Shown: positions 18,463 to 31,176 of the stretch, in pieces | Position numbering within the stretch: position 1 is the stretch's first letter | How the letters are laid out: every line of letters starts with the position of its first letter | DNA from: Bacilli bacterium | GTDB taxonomy: Bacteria; Bacillota_I; Bacilli_A; RFN20; CAG-826 | NCBI GenBank assembly: GCA_045601085.1 | Contig: JAZRZD010000016.1 | Location: 10,162-74,161 of the forward strand | DNA length: 64,000 nucleotides | Reading direction: 5' to 3' | The notes under the pieces: model-generated | Databases searched by the model: none | Told to the model about the DNA's origin: nothing | What the model saw: the letters and a program-made list of their open reading frames with translations, nothing else | Translations under genes and position numbers: made by a program

Positions 18463-21400
18463 TTATTTCTTGCTTTTAGCAATCTTATCGTGAAGTTCTT
18501 TTTCTTTTAAGTCGTGAGCTTCAACGTAACGATCTTTAACTGTTTGCATTGTGCTTTCAACAGTGAAGGAAGCTAACATTTCGTTTTCTTCATCTTCATT
18601 GACTAAGCCTCTACCAGCAGGAATTAAGTGACCAGTAATAACATTTTCTTTTAAGCCATGTAATACATCGACTTTTCCTTTAATAGCAGCGTCAGTTAAG
18701 ACACGTGTTGTTTCTTGGAAGGATGCAGCAGAGAGGAATGATGAAGTTCCTAAGGCTGCTTTTGTAATACCAAGAACAAGTGGTGAACAATAAGCTGGGC
18801 GCTTACCTTCTAAGAGGGCTTTCTTATTTGCTTCAGTGAAGACAATTGTATCAACATTTGTACCGCTGATTAATTCAGTATCACCACCATCGATGACGTG
18901 AACTTTACGTAACATTTGTTTAACAATAACTTCAATGTGCTTATCAGAAATACCGATTTCTTGTAAGCTATAAACTTTTTGTACTTCTTTTAATAAGTAA
19001 CGTTCAACAGATTCAATTGAAGCGAATGCTAATAATTCTTGAAGTTTAACAGCACCTTCGGTAAGTTTGCCACCTGCGATAACTTCTTCGCCAACTTTCT
19101 TAACTCTGAGAGTTGCGCCGTAAGGAGTTTCATGGACAACTTCTTCAAGATCGTTTTTAACGGTAATTAAGTAATAACCATTCTTTTCTTCAATCTTAGA
19201 GACTTTACCATTAATTTTGGAAATAACAGCTTGTCCTTTTGGAGTACGAGCTTCGAATAATTCTTGGACTCTTGGAAGACCTTGAGTAATATCACTACCA
19301 GCAACACCACCAGTGTGGAAGGTTCTCATGGTTAATTGAGTACCTGGTTCACCAATGGATTGAGCAGCCATAATACCAACTGCTTCACCGATTTGTACTT
19401 CTCTACCAGTGGCCATATTACGTCCATAACAGTGGACACAAACGCCATCTTTAGTTTGACAGGTGAATAAGCTACGAATCTTAACGCGTTTAATTCCGGC
19501 ATTAACAATTGCAGAAGCTTGGTCTTCTTGAATCATGGTGTTGCCTTTAACAAGGATTTCTCCTGTACTTGGGTCAACAACATCTTCAAGAGCATATCTA
19601 CCCACTAAACGGTCATAAAGTTTAACAATAATGGCGTTTTGTGAGCTATCAACGATTTCGCTAACTTCAAAACCTTGGTCAGTATGACAATCTTCTTCTC
19701 TAACGATAACGTCTTGAGAGACATCGACTAATCTACGGGTTAAGTAACCAGAGTCAGCGGTCTTAAGAGCGGTATCGGTACCACCTTTACGAGCACCATG
19801 GGTAGCAGCGAAGAATTCAGAAACGCTCATACCTTCACGGAAGGAAGCCTTAACAGGGATTTCAATTGTACCACCAGAGGTGTTACCCATAAGTCCTCTC
19901 ATACCAGCTAATTGGGTAATGTGTGATTTGTTACCACGAGCGCCAGAATCCATCATCATAAAGATTGGGTTCTTTGTGTCTTGGTTAAATTGATCAAGTA
20001 ATGTATCTTGGACATCTTTTAACACGCTATTCCAAACATCACAGATTTGTTTATGTCTTTCATTTGGTGTTAATAAGCCATAAGTGAACATTTCTTCGAT
20101 TTCTTTAACTTTGGCGTCACCACCTTGGAGAATTTCTTCCTTACCTTCAACGATATGGATATCGCTGATGGAAACTGTAAATCCTGCCACAGTAGCGTAT
20201 TGGAAACCTTGATCCTTAAGTTTATCAAGAACTGCAGAGGTCTTTGGATTTCCTTTTCTATCGTAATCTTGGAAAATCTTGTTAATTAATTTTCCTAAAT
20301 CGCCTTTCTTGAATGGCTTTAATAAGTCACGTTTAGCGATTTCTTGTTTAATATCTGTACCACGTGGGACGAAATATTCAGATAAATCATTACTCATGTT
20401 AACTGGGTTGACTTCGTTAATGTATGGGAAGTCACTTGGGAAGATTAAGTTGAAGATAATCTTACCAACAGAAGTAATTAAGTATGATTTATTTTGTTCT
20501 TCAGTAAATGAAGTCTTTTTCATTGCGCTACCGATGATTGCGATACGGTTATGTAAATGAATTTGTTTTGTTTGATAAGCCACTAGGACATCATTAACAC
20601 TACCAAATACTTTACCTTCACTTAAAGCATAGATGTTGAATCTTTCTGCTTCTTTCTTATCAGTGGCTTCAAGAGCTTTTGCCTTATCTAAGAAGTCTTG
20701 TTTACATTCTTCAATAGTTAAGTAATAGTTACCTAAAACCATGTCTTGGGAAGGAGTAACGATTGGTTTGCCATCTTTAGGACCTAAGATGTTGTTGCTT
20801 GCAAGCATTAAGTGTAAAGCTTCTTCTTGAGCAGCTTTGCTTAATGGCACGTGAACAGCCATTTGGTCACCATCGAAGTCAGCGTTAAATCCTGTACAAA
20901 CGAGTGGGTGTAATCTAATTGCTCTACCATCAACTAATGTTGGTTGGAAAGCTTGAATACCGAGTCTATGTAATGTAGGAGCACGGTTAAGTAATACTGG
21001 GTGTTTAGAAATGATTTCTTCAATAATGTCGTAAACCATTGGATCGTAGCTATCTACTAAATGGTCAGCGGTCTTATGAGTGGTATCTTTTCTACGTTTG
21101 ATTAATTCGCAAACGATAAATGGTCTTAAAAGTTGGATGGCCATTTCTCTTGGTAATCCACATTGGTACATCTTTAAAGTTGGACCAACAGCGATAACAC
21201 TACGACCAGAATAGTCAACACGTTTACCAAGTAAGTTTTGTCTAAATCTACCTTGTTTACCTTTTAAGGCACTTGATAAAGATTTAAGTGGACGTCCACC
21301 AGGACCACTTACAGGTTTATTTCTACGACCATTATCAATTAATGCGTCGACAGCTTCTTGAAGCATTCTTTGTTCGTTAATAAGAATGACATCAGGAGTG

Positions 21401-22377
21401 TTCATATTGATCATGTCTTTTAAACGTTTATTACGGGAAATAACTCTACGGTATAAATCATTTAAATCACTTGTGGCGAATCTTCCACCATCAAGTTGTA
21501 ACATAGGTCTTAAATCAGGTGGAATAACTGGAATAACATCTAGTACCATCCATTCTGGTTTATTGTTTGAATGACGGAAAGCTTCAATAACTTCTAATTT
21601 CTTAGTGTATTTTAATTGGTTATTTTTGCTCTTTGTTTCTTTTTTGATATCTTCTCTAATTTTTTCTGATTCTTTTTCTAAATCAATTTCGCTGAGAAGT
21701 TGTTTAATGGCTTTACCACCAATACCAAATTCAGCTTTTGTGTATTTAGAAACTAACCAAGCATTAGTTTCGAAATCAAAGACGTCACCTTTACTGGAAA
21801 GTTTTTGAATTTGGTCATTAATTCTGACTTCATCATCACTTCCAGGAATTAAGCCTAATTCATCTTTTCTATTTAAGATATCTTCAAAAGCAGCGATAAA
21901 TGTTGCTCTACCTGTTTTTTCAGAGATGACTTGTTTATAGGATAAAGCTTTACTTTCTCCAACATTTAAGACAACTCTAGAAGCATAGTAAGCGACTTCT
22001 TCTAATTCTTTTGGAGGAATATCTAAAAGGATAGAAATACGGCTTGGGATGCCTTTTAAATACCAAATGTGGCAGCAAGGAGAAGCGAGTTCAATATGAC
22101 CCATTCTTTCTCTTCTTACTTCTTTTGAAATAACTTCAACTCCACATACTGGACATGTCATACCTGCGTAACGCATCTTACGATACTTACCACAGTGACA
22201 TTCATAGTCTTTGCTAGGACCAAAGATCTTTTCACAATAAAGACCATCTGGTTCTGGCTTTTGGCTACGATAATTAATTGTTTCAGGTTTTTTGACTTCA
22301 CCATGAGACCATTCACGGATTTGTTCTGGTGAGGCTAAACTGACTTGCATTGATTTTAATTTTTTAACGTCAAACAT
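18463..22377 (-). CDS. rpoC: DNA-directed RNA polymerase subunit beta'
   Basis: 1304 aa. Zn-finger CxxC...CxxC near the N-terminus, catalytic NADFDGD and the trigger-loop region. Confidence 0.97.
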   Translation of the reverse strand: MFDVKKLKSMQVSLASPEQIREWSHGEVKKPETINYRSQKPEPDGLYCEKIFGPSKDYECHCGKYRKMRYAGMTCPVCGVEVISKEVRRERMGHIELASPCCHIWYLKGIPSRISILLDIPPKELEEVAYYASRVVLNVGESKALSYKQVISEKTGRATFIAAFEDILNRKDELGLIPGSDDEVRINDQIQKLSSKGDVFDFETNAWLVSKYTKAEFGIGGKAIKQLLSEIDLEKESEKIREDIKKETKSKNNQLKYTKKLEVIEAFRHSNNKPEWMVLDVIPVIPPDLRPMLQLDGGRFATSDLNDLYRRVISRNKRLKDMINMNTPDVILINEQRMLQEAVDALIDNGRRNKPVSGPGGRPLKSLSSALKGKQGRFRQNLLGKRVDYSGRSVIAVGPTLKMYQCGLPREMAIQLLRPFIVCELIKRRKDTTHKTADHLVDSYDPMVYDIIEEIISKHPVLLNRAPTLHRLGIQAFQPTLVDGRAIRLHPLVCTGFNADFDGDQMAVHVPLSKAAQEEALHLMLASNNILGPKDGKPIVTPSQDMVLGNYYLTIEECKQDFLDKAKALEATDKKEAERFNIYALSEGKVFGSVNDVLVAYQTKQIHLHNRIAIIGSAMKKTSFTEEQNKSYLITSVGKIIFNLIFPSDFPYINEVNPVNMSNDLSEYFVPRGTDIKQEIAKRDLLKPFKKGDLGKLINKIFQDYDRKGNPKTSAVLDKLKDQGFQYATVAGFTVSISDIHIVEGKEEILQGGDAKVKEIEEMFTYGLLTPNERHKQICDVWNSVLKDVQDTLLDQFNQDTKNPIFMMMDSGARGNKSHITQLAGMRGLMGNTSGGTIEIPVKASFREGMSVSEFFAATHGARKGGTDTALKTADSGYLTRRLVDVSQDVIVREEDCHTDQGFEVSEIVDSSQNAIIVKLYDRLVGRYALEDVVDPSTGEILVKGNTMIQEDQASAIVNAGIKRVKIRSLFTCQTKDGVCVHCYGRNMATGREVQIGEAVGIMAAQSIGEPGTQLTMRTFHTGGVAGSDITQGLPRVQELFEARTPKGQAVISKINGKVSKIEEKNGYYLITVKNDLEEVVHETPYGATLRVKKVGEEVIAGGKLTEGAVKLQELLAFASIESVERYLLKEVQKVYSLQEIGISDKHIEVIVKQMLRKVHVIDGGDTELISGTNVDTIVFTEANKKALLEGKRPAYCSPLVLGITKAALGTSSFLSAASFQETTRVLTDAAIKGKVDVLHGLKENVITGHLIPAGRGLVNEDEENEMLASFTVESTMQTVKDRYVEAHDLKEKELHDKIAKSKK

Positions 22378-22389
22378 TGTTTATACCTC

Positions 22390-25300
22390 CTATTCATTAC
22401 CAAGCATTTCGCCAACTTCATCTGCGGCAACAATGCTTTCTTGCTCTTCTTCAGAAATTTCAGAAGTTTCACCTAAGGAACGAATTTCCTTATTGGCTTT
22501 CTTTTCTTCTGCCATAGTTTCTTTAGCGAGCTTATCCATATCGATAACTTCTCCGTTTTCGTCTCTTAATGTGACGTTCATAGATAAGGATTGTAATTCC
22601 TTAACTAAGACACGGAATGCTTCAGGAATACCTGGACGTGGTAATTCTTTACCTTTAATAATGGCTTCATATGTCTTTCTACGTCCTACTCTATCATCAG
22701 ATTTAACTGTGATAATTTCTTGTAAGATGTGAGCGGCACCATAAGCTTCAAGGGCCCAGACTTCCATTTCGCCGAATCTTTGACCACCATTTTGTGCTTT
22801 ACCACCTAAAGGTTGTTGTGTAACTAAGCTATATGGACCAGTTGCACGGGCATGTAACTTATCATCGACCATGTGGACGAGTTTAATCATATACATAACG
22901 CCAACTGTGATTCTTTCATCGAATCTTTCACCAGTACGACCATCATATAAGACGGTCTTACCATCTGGATCCATGCCAGCTTTGGCCATTAAATCAAATA
23001 TTTCTTCATTGGTAATACCATCAAAGACTGGGGTAGCAATCTTATAGCCACCTAATTTCTTTAATGCCATACCTAAATGGACTTCAAGAATTTGTCCAAT
23101 GTTCATACGAGAAGGTACGCCTAATGGGTTAAGCATGATATCTACTGGTGTACCATCTGGTAAGAATGGCATATCTTCGACTGGTAAGATACGGGAAATA
23201 ACACCCTTATTACCATGTCTACCAGACATCTTATCGCCTTCGGAAATCTTTCTCTTTTGAACAATGTAGACTCTAACGATTTCATTAACGCCATTTGGAA
23301 GTTCGGCTTCTTTGTTCTTTTCATCACGGATAACGTGTTTAACATCAAGAACAATGCCAGCACCACCATGTGGAACTCTTAATGAGGCATCTTTCTTATC
23401 TTTAGTTTTTTCACCAAAGATAGCCATCATGAGTTTTTCATCTGGTGAAGGTTCATCTTGTCCTTTTGGAGTTGTTTTACCAACAAGGATATCGCCTTCT
23501 TTAACTTCACTACCGATGATAACAATACCGTTTTCATCTAAGTTACGTTTTTGATATGCTGGAGCATTTGGAACATCAGCGGTGATTTCTTCATCGCCAA
23601 GTTTAGGAATGCTACGAGCTTCTAATTGATAATCTTGAATATGAATAGATGTGTAAACATCGTCTTTAACTAATCTTTCAGACATGATGACAGCATCTTC
23701 ATAGTTATAACCATTCCATGTCATGAATGCGATAGTGACGTTTTGTCCTAAGGCTAAATCACCATTTTCCATAGCAGGACCATCAGCGATGATTTGTCCT
23801 TTAGTGACTTTATCACCAACTTTGACGTTGCTATGTTGGTTAATACATGTACCTTGGTTACTTCTTTCAAATTTTTGTAAAGCGTATACAACTGGAGTTT
23901 TGCTACCTTTTTCTAAAATGACAATCTTACGAGAATCAGTATAGGTAACAACACCATCTTCACGAGCAACAACTGCAAGACCACTATCTCTTGCAACTTG
24001 ATGTTCTAGACCTGTACCAACAAGTGGAGCATGTGGTCTAAGAAGTGGCAAGGCTTGACGTTGCATGTTAGCACCCATCAAAGCACGGGTTGTATCATCG
24101 TTTTCAAGGAATGGAATACTACCAGCAGCAATAGAAACAATTTGTTTTGGAGATACATCGATAAAATCGACATCTTCTCTATTTGCTAAGACTGGTTCAC
24201 CTTTGAATCTAGCAACAACTTGTTCATCTAAGATTGTGCCATCTTCTGCAAGGTTAATGTTAGCTTCTGCAATAACATAATCCCATTCTTCATCAGCGCT
24301 TAAGTAAACGCTATCTTTAATATCATTTAAAACTCTGTGATGAGCTTTATCAACTTTACGATATGGAGTCTCAACGAAACCATATTTATTGATCTTAGCA
24401 TAGCTAGCTAAGTTGTTAATCAAACCAATGTTTTGACCTTCTGGAGTTTCAATAGGACAGATTCTACCATAGTGAGATGCGTGAACGTCACGAACTTCAG
24501 TAGATGCTCTATCTCTTGTTAAACCACCAGGACCTAAAGCAGAAAGTCTTCTCTTATTAGTTAATTCTGCTAATGGGTTTGTTTGATCCATGAATTGTGA
24601 TAATGGGGAAGAAGCAAAGAACTCTCTAATTGATGCAGTTAAAGGACGTGGGTTGATTAAAGCTTTTGGCTTAACATTACCTAAATCACTAACGGACATC
24701 TTTTGTTGAACAGTCTTCACCATTTTGGCTAAACCAACACGGAATTGGTTTTGCACTAATTCACCAACACATCTAATACGACGGTTGCCTAAGTGGTCAA
24801 TATCATCAGTACTACCAAAACCATCTTGGATGTTAAGGAAGTATGAGAATAAAGCGAGAATGTCTGGGGTTGTAATACGGGTGCAGTTATTTGTTAAATC
24901 TGTACCAATAATATTGCAAACCTTCTCTTTTTTATCTTTACCACCATAGACTTTAACAACATTAACTTTGTTATATTTATCTACAATTGTGTTGATTTTT
25001 ACAAATTCAACATATTTAGTGGTGTTTTCAAAGAATTCTTGATCTTTTAAAGAATCAACATCTGCTGCAGAGAGCACATGTTCTTTTGTGAAGACAACAA
25101 TACCGTCTTCATCCACTAAATCTTCAGCTAAACGTCTACCGACTAATCTATTGTACACGCCTAACTTCTTATTAAATTTATATCTACCTGCGCGCCCGAG
25201 GTCATAACGCTTCTCATCGAAGTATTTTTGGGCAAGATAGACTTTAATACCTTCTTCGGTGGCTGGTTCGCCTGGTTTCATCTTACGGAAGATATCAAGC

Positions 25301-26001
25301 ATAGCATCTCTTGTTGTTTTGATGTCTTGATCTTTATCTAATGTTGTAAGTAAACCTTCATTTTTACCGAAAAGTTTGGTCATAGCATTAACATCTTCTA
25401 AACCTAAGGCTTTTAAGAATGTTGTTGCGTAGATTTTCTTTCCTCTATCAATACGGACAGAGAAAATGTTTTTATTATCGCTTTCAAATTGTAACCATGT
25501 ACCTCTTCCTGGAATGATGTCAGCGTAGTAAAGTTCTTTACCAGCTTTGTTATCAATCTTAAGGTAAGCACCTGGAGATCTAACAAGTTGAGAAACGATG
25601 ACTCTTTCAGCACCATTGATAATAAATGTGCCTGAGTTAGTCATTAATGGGAATTCGCCGATATAAACTTCGGCTTCTTGAATTTCACCAGTATCAACAT
25701 ATTGAAGTGTAACAGTGGCGTAAATTGAGGACTTGTATGAGAAGTCTCTTGCTTTACATTCCATTACATTATGTTTTGGTTCTTCAAGGCGTAAAGATTT
25801 AAATTCAATAATTAAGTTGTCGTTATAACTCTTAATTGGGAAGGATTCTCTAAATACTTCCTCTAAACCTTTTTCCTTAAATTCTGCATAAGAAGCAGTT
25901 TGGATTTCCACAAGATTTGGGAGTGGTAAATCACCACTAATTTTGCTGTAATCTCTACGATCATTATTGAGCTTTTTTAAATCATCAATATTTCTAGTCA
26001 T
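22390..26001 (-). CDS. rpoB: DNA-directed RNA polymerase subunit beta
   Basis: 1203 aa. Canonical beta-subunit blocks including the rifampicin cluster region. Confidence 0.97.
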   Translation of the reverse strand: MTRNIDDLKKLNNDRRDYSKISGDLPLPNLVEIQTASYAEFKEKGLEEVFRESFPIKSYNDNLIIEFKSLRLEEPKHNVMECKARDFSYKSSIYATVTLQYVDTGEIQEAEVYIGEFPLMTNSGTFIINGAERVIVSQLVRSPGAYLKIDNKAGKELYYADIIPGRGTWLQFESDNKNIFSVRIDRGKKIYATTFLKALGLEDVNAMTKLFGKNEGLLTTLDKDQDIKTTRDAMLDIFRKMKPGEPATEEGIKVYLAQKYFDEKRYDLGRAGRYKFNKKLGVYNRLVGRRLAEDLVDEDGIVVFTKEHVLSAADVDSLKDQEFFENTTKYVEFVKINTIVDKYNKVNVVKVYGGKDKKEKVCNIIGTDLTNNCTRITTPDILALFSYFLNIQDGFGSTDDIDHLGNRRIRCVGELVQNQFRVGLAKMVKTVQQKMSVSDLGNVKPKALINPRPLTASIREFFASSPLSQFMDQTNPLAELTNKRRLSALGPGGLTRDRASTEVRDVHASHYGRICPIETPEGQNIGLINNLASYAKINKYGFVETPYRKVDKAHHRVLNDIKDSVYLSADEEWDYVIAEANINLAEDGTILDEQVVARFKGEPVLANREDVDFIDVSPKQIVSIAAGSIPFLENDDTTRALMGANMQRQALPLLRPHAPLVGTGLEHQVARDSGLAVVAREDGVVTYTDSRKIVILEKGSKTPVVYALQKFERSNQGTCINQHSNVKVGDKVTKGQIIADGPAMENGDLALGQNVTIAFMTWNGYNYEDAVIMSERLVKDDVYTSIHIQDYQLEARSIPKLGDEEITADVPNAPAYQKRNLDENGIVIIGSEVKEGDILVGKTTPKGQDEPSPDEKLMMAIFGEKTKDKKDASLRVPHGGAGIVLDVKHVIRDEKNKEAELPNGVNEIVRVYIVQKRKISEGDKMSGRHGNKGVISRILPVEDMPFLPDGTPVDIMLNPLGVPSRMNIGQILEVHLGMALKKLGGYKIATPVFDGITNEEIFDLMAKAGMDPDGKTVLYDGRTGERFDERITVGVMYMIKLVHMVDDKLHARATGPYSLVTQQPLGGKAQNGGQRFGEMEVWALEAYGAAHILQEIITVKSDDRVGRRKTYEAIIKGKELPRPGIPEAFRVLVKELQSLSMNVTLRDENGEVIDMDKLAKETMAEEKKANKEIRSLGETSEISEEEQESIVAADEVGEMLGNE

Positions 26002-26025
26002 AATAATGGCTTCTCCTTTGTAATA

Positions 26026-26631
26026 TTAATTTTGGTTTATGGCTTGATAAATGTAGTAACCTTTATGTTTTCCAAGAAGCATAATGTTACCAAATATTTC
26101 TTTGATATATTTGGAAGCACTTTCAGCTCCTTGGGCTTTACGAATTACGACATATAAAGAGCCGCCACTTAGTAAATGATCCTTACTTTCCCTATAGATA
26201 GCATAGGTAACTCGTTTGCCAGCCCTAATTGGAGGGTTGGTTAGGATGGAGTTAAATTTACCTTCGATATTAGAAAAAACATCGCTTTCTAGTATCGAGA
26301 CTTTATCATTAACACCTAAATGTATAGCGTTTTTCTTTGCGAGTTCTAGTGCGCGTGTGTTTACATCGCACATAGTAATCTTACTAACATCTTCTTTAAT
26401 TGAGGCGATAGTTAATCCAATAGGACCAATTCCACACCCCATATCTAAGATGTCACTTCCTAAGCGAAGAGGGAGGACAGTCCTAATTAGGAAGTCACTC
26501 CCATCATCTAATTTCGCTTTGGAAAACACTCCATTATCAGTGTATAAAGATAATTTCTTTCCACTAATTTCATAATTAATAACCCCAATTTTTGACGCTA
26601 ATGAGGGATCTGATATGAAATAATGGGACAT
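26026..26631 (-). CDS. class I SAM-dependent methyltransferase, RsmC/YbxB-like small rRNA methyltransferase
   Basis: 201 aa. SAM motif ILDMGCGIGPIG and NPP motif (NPPIRAG). The position between rplL and rpoB matches B. subtilis ybxB. Confidence 0.75.
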   Translation of the reverse strand: MSHYFISDPSLASKIGVINYEISGKKLSLYTDNGVFSKAKLDDGSDFLIRTVLPLRLGSDILDMGCGIGPIGLTIASIKEDVSKITMCDVNTRALELAKKNAIHLGVNDKVSILESDVFSNIEGKFNSILTNPPIRAGKRVTYAIYRESKDHLLSGGSLYVVIRKAQGAESASKYIKEIFGNIMLLGKHKGYYIYQAINQN

Positions 26632-26645
26632 AAGTGTTTAGGTAA

Positions 26646-27023
26646 TTATTTAACTTCGACTTCTGCGCCGGCTTCGGTGAGAGTCTTTTTGAATTCTTCA
26701 GCTTCGACTGGAGAAATCTTTTCTTTAATGTTGCATGGTGCACCATCAACGAGTTTCTTAGCATCCATTAAGCCTAAGCCTGTGATAGCTTGAACAGCTT
26801 TGATGACTTGGACTTTGCTTTGTCCAGCAGATTTTAAGACTAAATTGACTTCGGTTGGTCCAGCAGCGACAACTTCTTCTTCAGCTGGTGCAGCACCAGT
26901 TGCGACTGGAGCAGCGGCTGTAACGCCGAATTCTTCTTCGACTGCTTTAACTAATTCATTAAGTTCTAATACAGTCATTTCTTTTAATGAAGCAATAATT
27001 TCTTCTTTTGTTAACTTTGCCAT
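26646..27023 (-). CDS. rplL: 50S ribosomal protein L7/L12
   Basis: 125 aa. Ala/Glu-rich hinge and a conserved C-terminal domain. Confidence 0.95.
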   Translation of the reverse strand: MAKLTKEEIIASLKEMTVLELNELVKAVEEEFGVTAAAPVATGAAPAEEEVVAAGPTEVNLVLKSAGQSKVQVIKAVQAITGLGLMDAKKLVDGAPCNIKEKISPVEAEEFKKTLTEAGAEVEVK

Positions 27024-27045
27024 ATTAATTTTCCTCCTAATTGGC

Positions 27046-27534
27046 TTAATTTTTGTCCGCGACAGCTTTCACAGCGCATGCGAATTGGCGGACTGGTGCT
27101 TGTAAGCACGATAAGAACATGGATATGAGACCTTCTCTACCAGGGATTTTGCTGACTTCCTTAACACCAGCGGCATCAAGTAATTTACCATCAACGAATC
27201 CACCTTTAATTTTTAAGGATTCTCCAAATCTTCTTGAATACTTAACAATAATCTTTGGGCCTTTGCTTAAATCTTCTGAAAAGAATATAGCATTAGGACC
27301 TTGAAGAATTTCGTCAGCGGATTCGTAACCGAGTTCTTTGACTGCTCTAGTAACTAAAGTATTCTTGTAAACATTCATACTTGAATTTTCTTTAGCTAAA
27401 GCACGACGAAGTTCTTGGATTTGAGCAACGGTTAAGCCACGGTATTCTGCAATAACGATAGATTGGCTATTACCAGCTTTAGTCTTAATCTCACTAACTG
27501 TATCTTGTTTAGATTTTAAGATTTCTGAATTCAT
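27046..27534 (-). CDS. rplJ: 50S ribosomal protein L10
   Basis: 162 aa. L10 family. Sits upstream of rplL. Confidence 0.92.
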   Translation of the reverse strand: MNSEILKSKQDTVSEIKTKAGNSQSIVIAEYRGLTVAQIQELRRALAKENSSMNVYKNTLVTRAVKELGYESADEILQGPNAIFFSEDLSKGPKIIVKYSRRFGESLKIKGGFVDGKLLDAAGVKEVSKIPGREGLISMFLSCLQAPVRQFACAVKAVADKN

Positions 27535-27662
27535 ATTCTAACCTCCTTTTCTTTAAAAAATTGTTTGAGGCTCCAATATACTTGGGGATATATACATTTC
27601 CTCGGTAACATTATTAAGGCACTTGCCCGTTACGGTCTTAGGTATATTAGAATCTATTTTGA
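27535..27662 (-). promoter_or_regulatory. putative L10(L12) autoregulatory leader region upstream of rplJ
   Basis: 128-nt untranslated gap between rplA and rplJ. This is the conserved location of the rplJ leader in Bacillota. Its structure was not verified. Confidence 0.4.
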
Positions 27663-28346
27663 TTAACGGCCATCAAATGTGAAGTGAATGCCAGGGCCCA
27701 TGGTCGTATGTAGGACGGCATTTGTAATGTATGTACCTTTTACTGATGCAGGTTTAGCTTTCACAATAGCTTCCACTAAAGTATTTAAGTTATCTTCAAT
27801 TTTCTTGGCATCGAATGAAACCTTAGCGATAGAGACATGCATATTTGCTTCTTTATCTAAACGGTATTCAACTTTACCAGCTTTGATTTCTTTAATAGCT
27901 TTAGCGATATCCATAGAAACTGTGCCTGTCTTTGGGTTTGGCATTAAGCCTTTAGGACCAAGGACACGACCTAATTTACCAATTTCGCCCATCATGTTTG
28001 GTGTAGCGACGATAATATCGAAGTCGAACCAGTTTTCTTTGGCAATTTTTTCAAGTAATTCTTTACCACCTGCGAAATCAGCACCAGCGGCTTTAGCATC
28101 TTCAACCTTATCGGTAACTGCTAAGACTTTCTTTGTCTTACCATTTCCGTGTGGGAGAATAACTGTGCCTCTAATTTGTTGATCTGCTTGTTTTGGATCA
28201 AGATTGAGCTTGAATGAAACGTCCACTGTTGCATCAAATTTGACAGTGCTTGTTTCTTTAACTAAGGCAGAAGCTTCAGCGATAGTATAGATTTTACTAG
28301 CGTCGATTTTTTCACTAACTGCACGATAATTTTTAGATCTTTTCAT
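27663..28346 (-). CDS. rplA: 50S ribosomal protein L1
   Basis: 227 aa. L1 family. Confidence 0.95.
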   Translation of the reverse strand: MKRSKNYRAVSEKIDASKIYTIAEASALVKETSTVKFDATVDVSFKLNLDPKQADQQIRGTVILPHGNGKTKKVLAVTDKVEDAKAAGADFAGGKELLEKIAKENWFDFDIIVATPNMMGEIGKLGRVLGPKGLMPNPKTGTVSMDIAKAIKEIKAGKVEYRLDKEANMHVSIAKVSFDAKKIEDNLNTLVEAIVKAKPASVKGTYITNAVLHTTMGPGIHFTFDGR

Positions 28347-28360
28347 CAGTGAATTCCTCC

Positions 28361-28774
28361 TTAGTCGTCGATTGTAATACCCATATTACGGGCAGTACCC
28401 TCGATTACTTTAATAGCGGCATCAACGTCATTGCAGTTCAAGTCTGGTAACTTGTATTCAGCAATTTCCTTTAATTGAGCCTTGCTAATGTGTCCCACTT
28501 TAGTAGTTTTACTATTTGCGGAACCTTTTGAAATTCCAGCAGCCTTCAATAATAAAGGTGCAACTGGAGATGTCTTGATGACAAAATCATAGGATTTGTC
28601 TTCATAGGCTGTGATGATGACTGGAACAATAGAACCACGTCTATCAGCTGTTTTAGCATTGAAGTCGGTACAAAACTTCGCCATGTTAACACCAGCAGAT
28701 GCAAGTTTTGGTCCTGGTTTAGCGTCGCCGCCAGGTAACTCCATCTTCACGACTTTTGCGATTTTTTTACTCAC
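28361..28774 (-). CDS. rplK: 50S ribosomal protein L11
   Basis: The L11 sequence begins [16 protein letters not shown]. The start is moved to the GTG at 28774, which has AGGAGG 9 nt upstream. The 163-aa ORF-track version is an upstream read-through. Confidence 0.9.
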   Translation of the reverse strand: MSKKIAKVVKMELPGGDAKPGPKLASAGVNMAKFCTDFNAKTADRRGSIVPVIITAYEDKSYDFVIKTSPVAPLLLKAAGISKGSANSKTTKVGHISKAQLKEIAEYKLPDLNCNDVDAAIKVIEGTARNMGITIDD

Positions 28775-29005
28775 GTGACTTTTCCTCCTTTTCTTAAGAT
28801 ATGTCAGCGTTGTGGTTAACGAGTGGAATCGCCACTCTTCCACAATGTACACGTATATGCTTAGCGCAAAACAACGTGCTTGTATACTATATCAAAGATA
28901 AATATATGTGCGCAACCGATTTTTAATATTTTTTTAAAATGTATCGTACATAAGCATCAAAAGTGCCACATTTTAGAAAATTAATTTCAAAGAAATTATA
29001 AAAAA

Positions 29006-29034
29006 TAGACATAATTAAGAAAAAAAAGTATAAT
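29006..29034 (+). promoter_or_regulatory. sigma-70-type promoter for ktrB (TAGACA-17 nt-TATAAT)
   Basis: -35 at 29006-29011 and -10 at 29029-29034 with 17-nt spacing. Implies a very short leader or leaderless start. Confidence 0.45.
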
Positions 29035-29044
29035 GCTTATGTCT

Positions 29045-30427
29045 ATGGAAACGAAAAGACAAAAAAGAGAAATCTCACCTTATTTAATTGTTTTACTATC
29101 ATTCTTAATCATTATTTTGATTGGTAGCTTTCTTTTAACACTCCCATTTGCCAAAACTGATGGTCAATGGGGATCTTATATTGATTCTTTGTTAGCTGCT
29201 ACTAGTGCTACTTGTGTAACTGGATTAAGTCCTTATGTAGCGGGTATTGGTGGTGAGCTTACATTCTTTGGCCAATTAGTAATGCTTATCATGATTCAAA
29301 TTGGCGGTCTTGGATTCGTTACAGTATTAACCTTCTTTATTACATTATTCACTGGAAAATTACAGTTCAAAGATCGTTACTTTGTTTCACAAGCTGTAGG
29401 ATCCACAAACGTTGCAGATATTGTTAAATTCGTTAGAAAAATCTTACTTATTACATTTATTGTAGAAGCTATCGGTTTCTTACTTGGTTTGCCTGTATTT
29501 TTCACTATTTATCCAGACAATCCAGGAGAAGCAATTTGGAACTCAATATTTACTTCAATTTCAAGTTTTAATAACGCTGGATTTGATATTTTTGGTGGCA
29601 ATTCCTTAATAAAAATTGCAGAAAACCCAATTGTCTACAACATGCCAGATTGGTGTTATTACTACCTATTAAGTTACATTATGATTTTAATTATTGTAGG
29701 TGGTATTTCATTCTTAACTATTATGGAAGTTTTCACCTTCAAAAATAGTAGATCTTATAGAGCATTCACCAAGATTTGTATATCAATGACTGCAATCTTA
29801 ATTGTGTTTGGTTTTGTAGCATTCTTTTTAACTGAAGGAATTAAACCTACAAACGCTATCACACCATTCCAAGCATTGTTCCAAAGTGTATCATTAAGAA
29901 CTGCTGGATTTGCAGCATTTGACCAATCACAATTATCCGCTGGCGGTAATGTTATATCCTGCTTATTTATGTTTATTGGTGGATGTCCACTATCCACAGC
30001 AGGTGGTATTAAAACCACAACAATCTTTATTGTAATTATTGCTATTTATAAATATTTAAGAGGTAGACAAGTAACTGCCTTTAAACGTGCGTATTCTAGC
30101 AGCATGATTGTTAAAGCAATGGCTCTTTTATTAATTGCCTTTACTTTAGTAATTGCTGGTTACGTTGCAGTTTGGGCATTTGAAGGCGGTGGCGGTGATA
30201 AGACAGTTGAAGCACTTATATTTGAAGTATTCTCTGCCTTTGGCACTACTGGCTTATCATATGGCATTACACCAAGCTTATCTATTGGTAGTAAGTTAGT
30301 GCTTTGTGTTCTTATGTATTTAGGAAGATTAGGACCTATGACATTCTTCAACTTATTTGAAAAGAGTATGGGTAGAAAATCTGATAAACACTTCCAATAT
30401 GTTGAAGAAGATATATTAATTGGATAA
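29045..30427 (+). CDS. ktrB: TrkH/KtrB-family potassium uptake membrane subunit
   Basis: ~460 aa polytopic protein with selectivity-filter-like glycine motifs (IGGLGF, NAGFD, STAGG). The ORF-track start at 29033 lies inside the predicted -10, so the ATG at 29045 (METKRQ) is preferred. Confidence 0.8.
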   Translation: METKRQKREISPYLIVLLSFLIIILIGSFLLTLPFAKTDGQWGSYIDSLLAATSATCVTGLSPYVAGIGGELTFFGQLVMLIMIQIGGLGFVTVLTFFITLFTGKLQFKDRYFVSQAVGSTNVADIVKFVRKILLITFIVEAIGFLLGLPVFFTIYPDNPGEAIWNSIFTSISSFNNAGFDIFGGNSLIKIAENPIVYNMPDWCYYYLLSYIMILIIVGGISFLTIMEVFTFKNSRSYRAFTKICISMTAILIVFGFVAFFLTEGIKPTNAITPFQALFQSVSLRTAGFAAFDQSQLSAGGNVISCLFMFIGGCPLSTAGGIKTTTIFIVIIAIYKYLRGRQVTAFKRAYSSSMIVKAMALLLIAFTLVIAGYVAVWAFEGGGGDKTVEALIFEVFSAFGTTGLSYGITPSLSIGSKLVLCVLMYLGRLGPMTFFNLFEKSMGRKSDKHFQYVEEDILIG

Positions 30428-30444
30428 TATAAAGGAGATAAATT

Positions 30445-31128
30445 ATGGCAAAGAAATCATTCGCAGTTATTGGCTTAGGTCAATTTGGAATTAGTATTGT
30501 TCAAGAATTAGTCGAAACAGGAGCTGACGTTATCGCTATTGATAATTCACCAGCTAAAGTTAAAGAAATTTCTGACATTCTCCCAACTTCTTTTATTGCA
30601 GACTCTACAGATGAAAAAGCATTAAAAGAATTAGGAATTAAAGATGTTGATAGCGCTATCATTGCATATGGACACAATATTGAAGCATCAGTTATCACTA
30701 CTGTTGTCTTAAGAGAATTAGGTGTTAAACATATTCTTGTTAGAGCAGATGATGACTATTATGTACCAATCTTAAAGAAACTTGGCGCAACTGAAGTTAT
30801 TGCCCCACAAAAGGCCGCAGGAGCTGCATTAGCAAATAGATTGGGTAATGATGACTACGTTGACTATTACAAACTTAACGATAAGTTTTCTGTCGTAAGT
30901 CTTATTATTAATTCAGGATTCATTCCAAGAACATTAAAAGAATTAAATTCTAAAACATTATTCGGTGTTAATATCGTTCTTGTTTCTAGAAAAGATAAAT
31001 CATTTGTTCCAGGTGGTAATGATTCCATTCTTCCTGACGATACAATCTACATTGTTGGATCCACTAAAGATGTGAGAAAGTTTAGAGAATCCATCAATGG
31101 CGGTAAATCTAAAAAACAAAGAGATTAA
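30445..31128 (+). CDS. ktrA: TrkA/KtrA-family potassium uptake regulatory subunit (RCK: TrkA-N NAD-binding plus TrkA-C)
   Basis: 227 aa. Rossmann GLGQFG. RBS AAGGAGA before the ATG. 17 nt downstream of ktrB. Confidence 0.8.
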   Translation: MAKKSFAVIGLGQFGISIVQELVETGADVIAIDNSPAKVKEISDILPTSFIADSTDEKALKELGIKDVDSAIIAYGHNIEASVITTVVLRELGVKHILVRADDDYYVPILKKLGATEVIAPQKAAGAALANRLGNDDYVDYYKLNDKFSVVSLIINSGFIPRTLKELNSKTLFGVNIVLVSRKDKSFVPGGNDSILPDDTIYIVGSTKDVRKFRESINGGKSKKQRD

Positions 31129-31130
31129 TC

Positions 31131-31162
31131 AAAAAAACCAGCAATCGCTGGTTTTCTTTTTT
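31131..31162. terminator. bidirectional intrinsic terminator between ktrA (+) and nusG (-)
   Basis: AACCAGC(AATC)GCTGGTT hairpin flanked by an A7 run upstream and a T-run downstream. Confidence 0.7.
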
Positions 31163-31176
31163 GTTTTGCGAAGATA

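Noticed and set aside
28775-28852. 163-aa version of rplK starting MYIVEEWRF.
   Set aside because: L11 homology begins at [20 protein letters not shown] start with AGGAGG 9 nt upstream lies at 28774.
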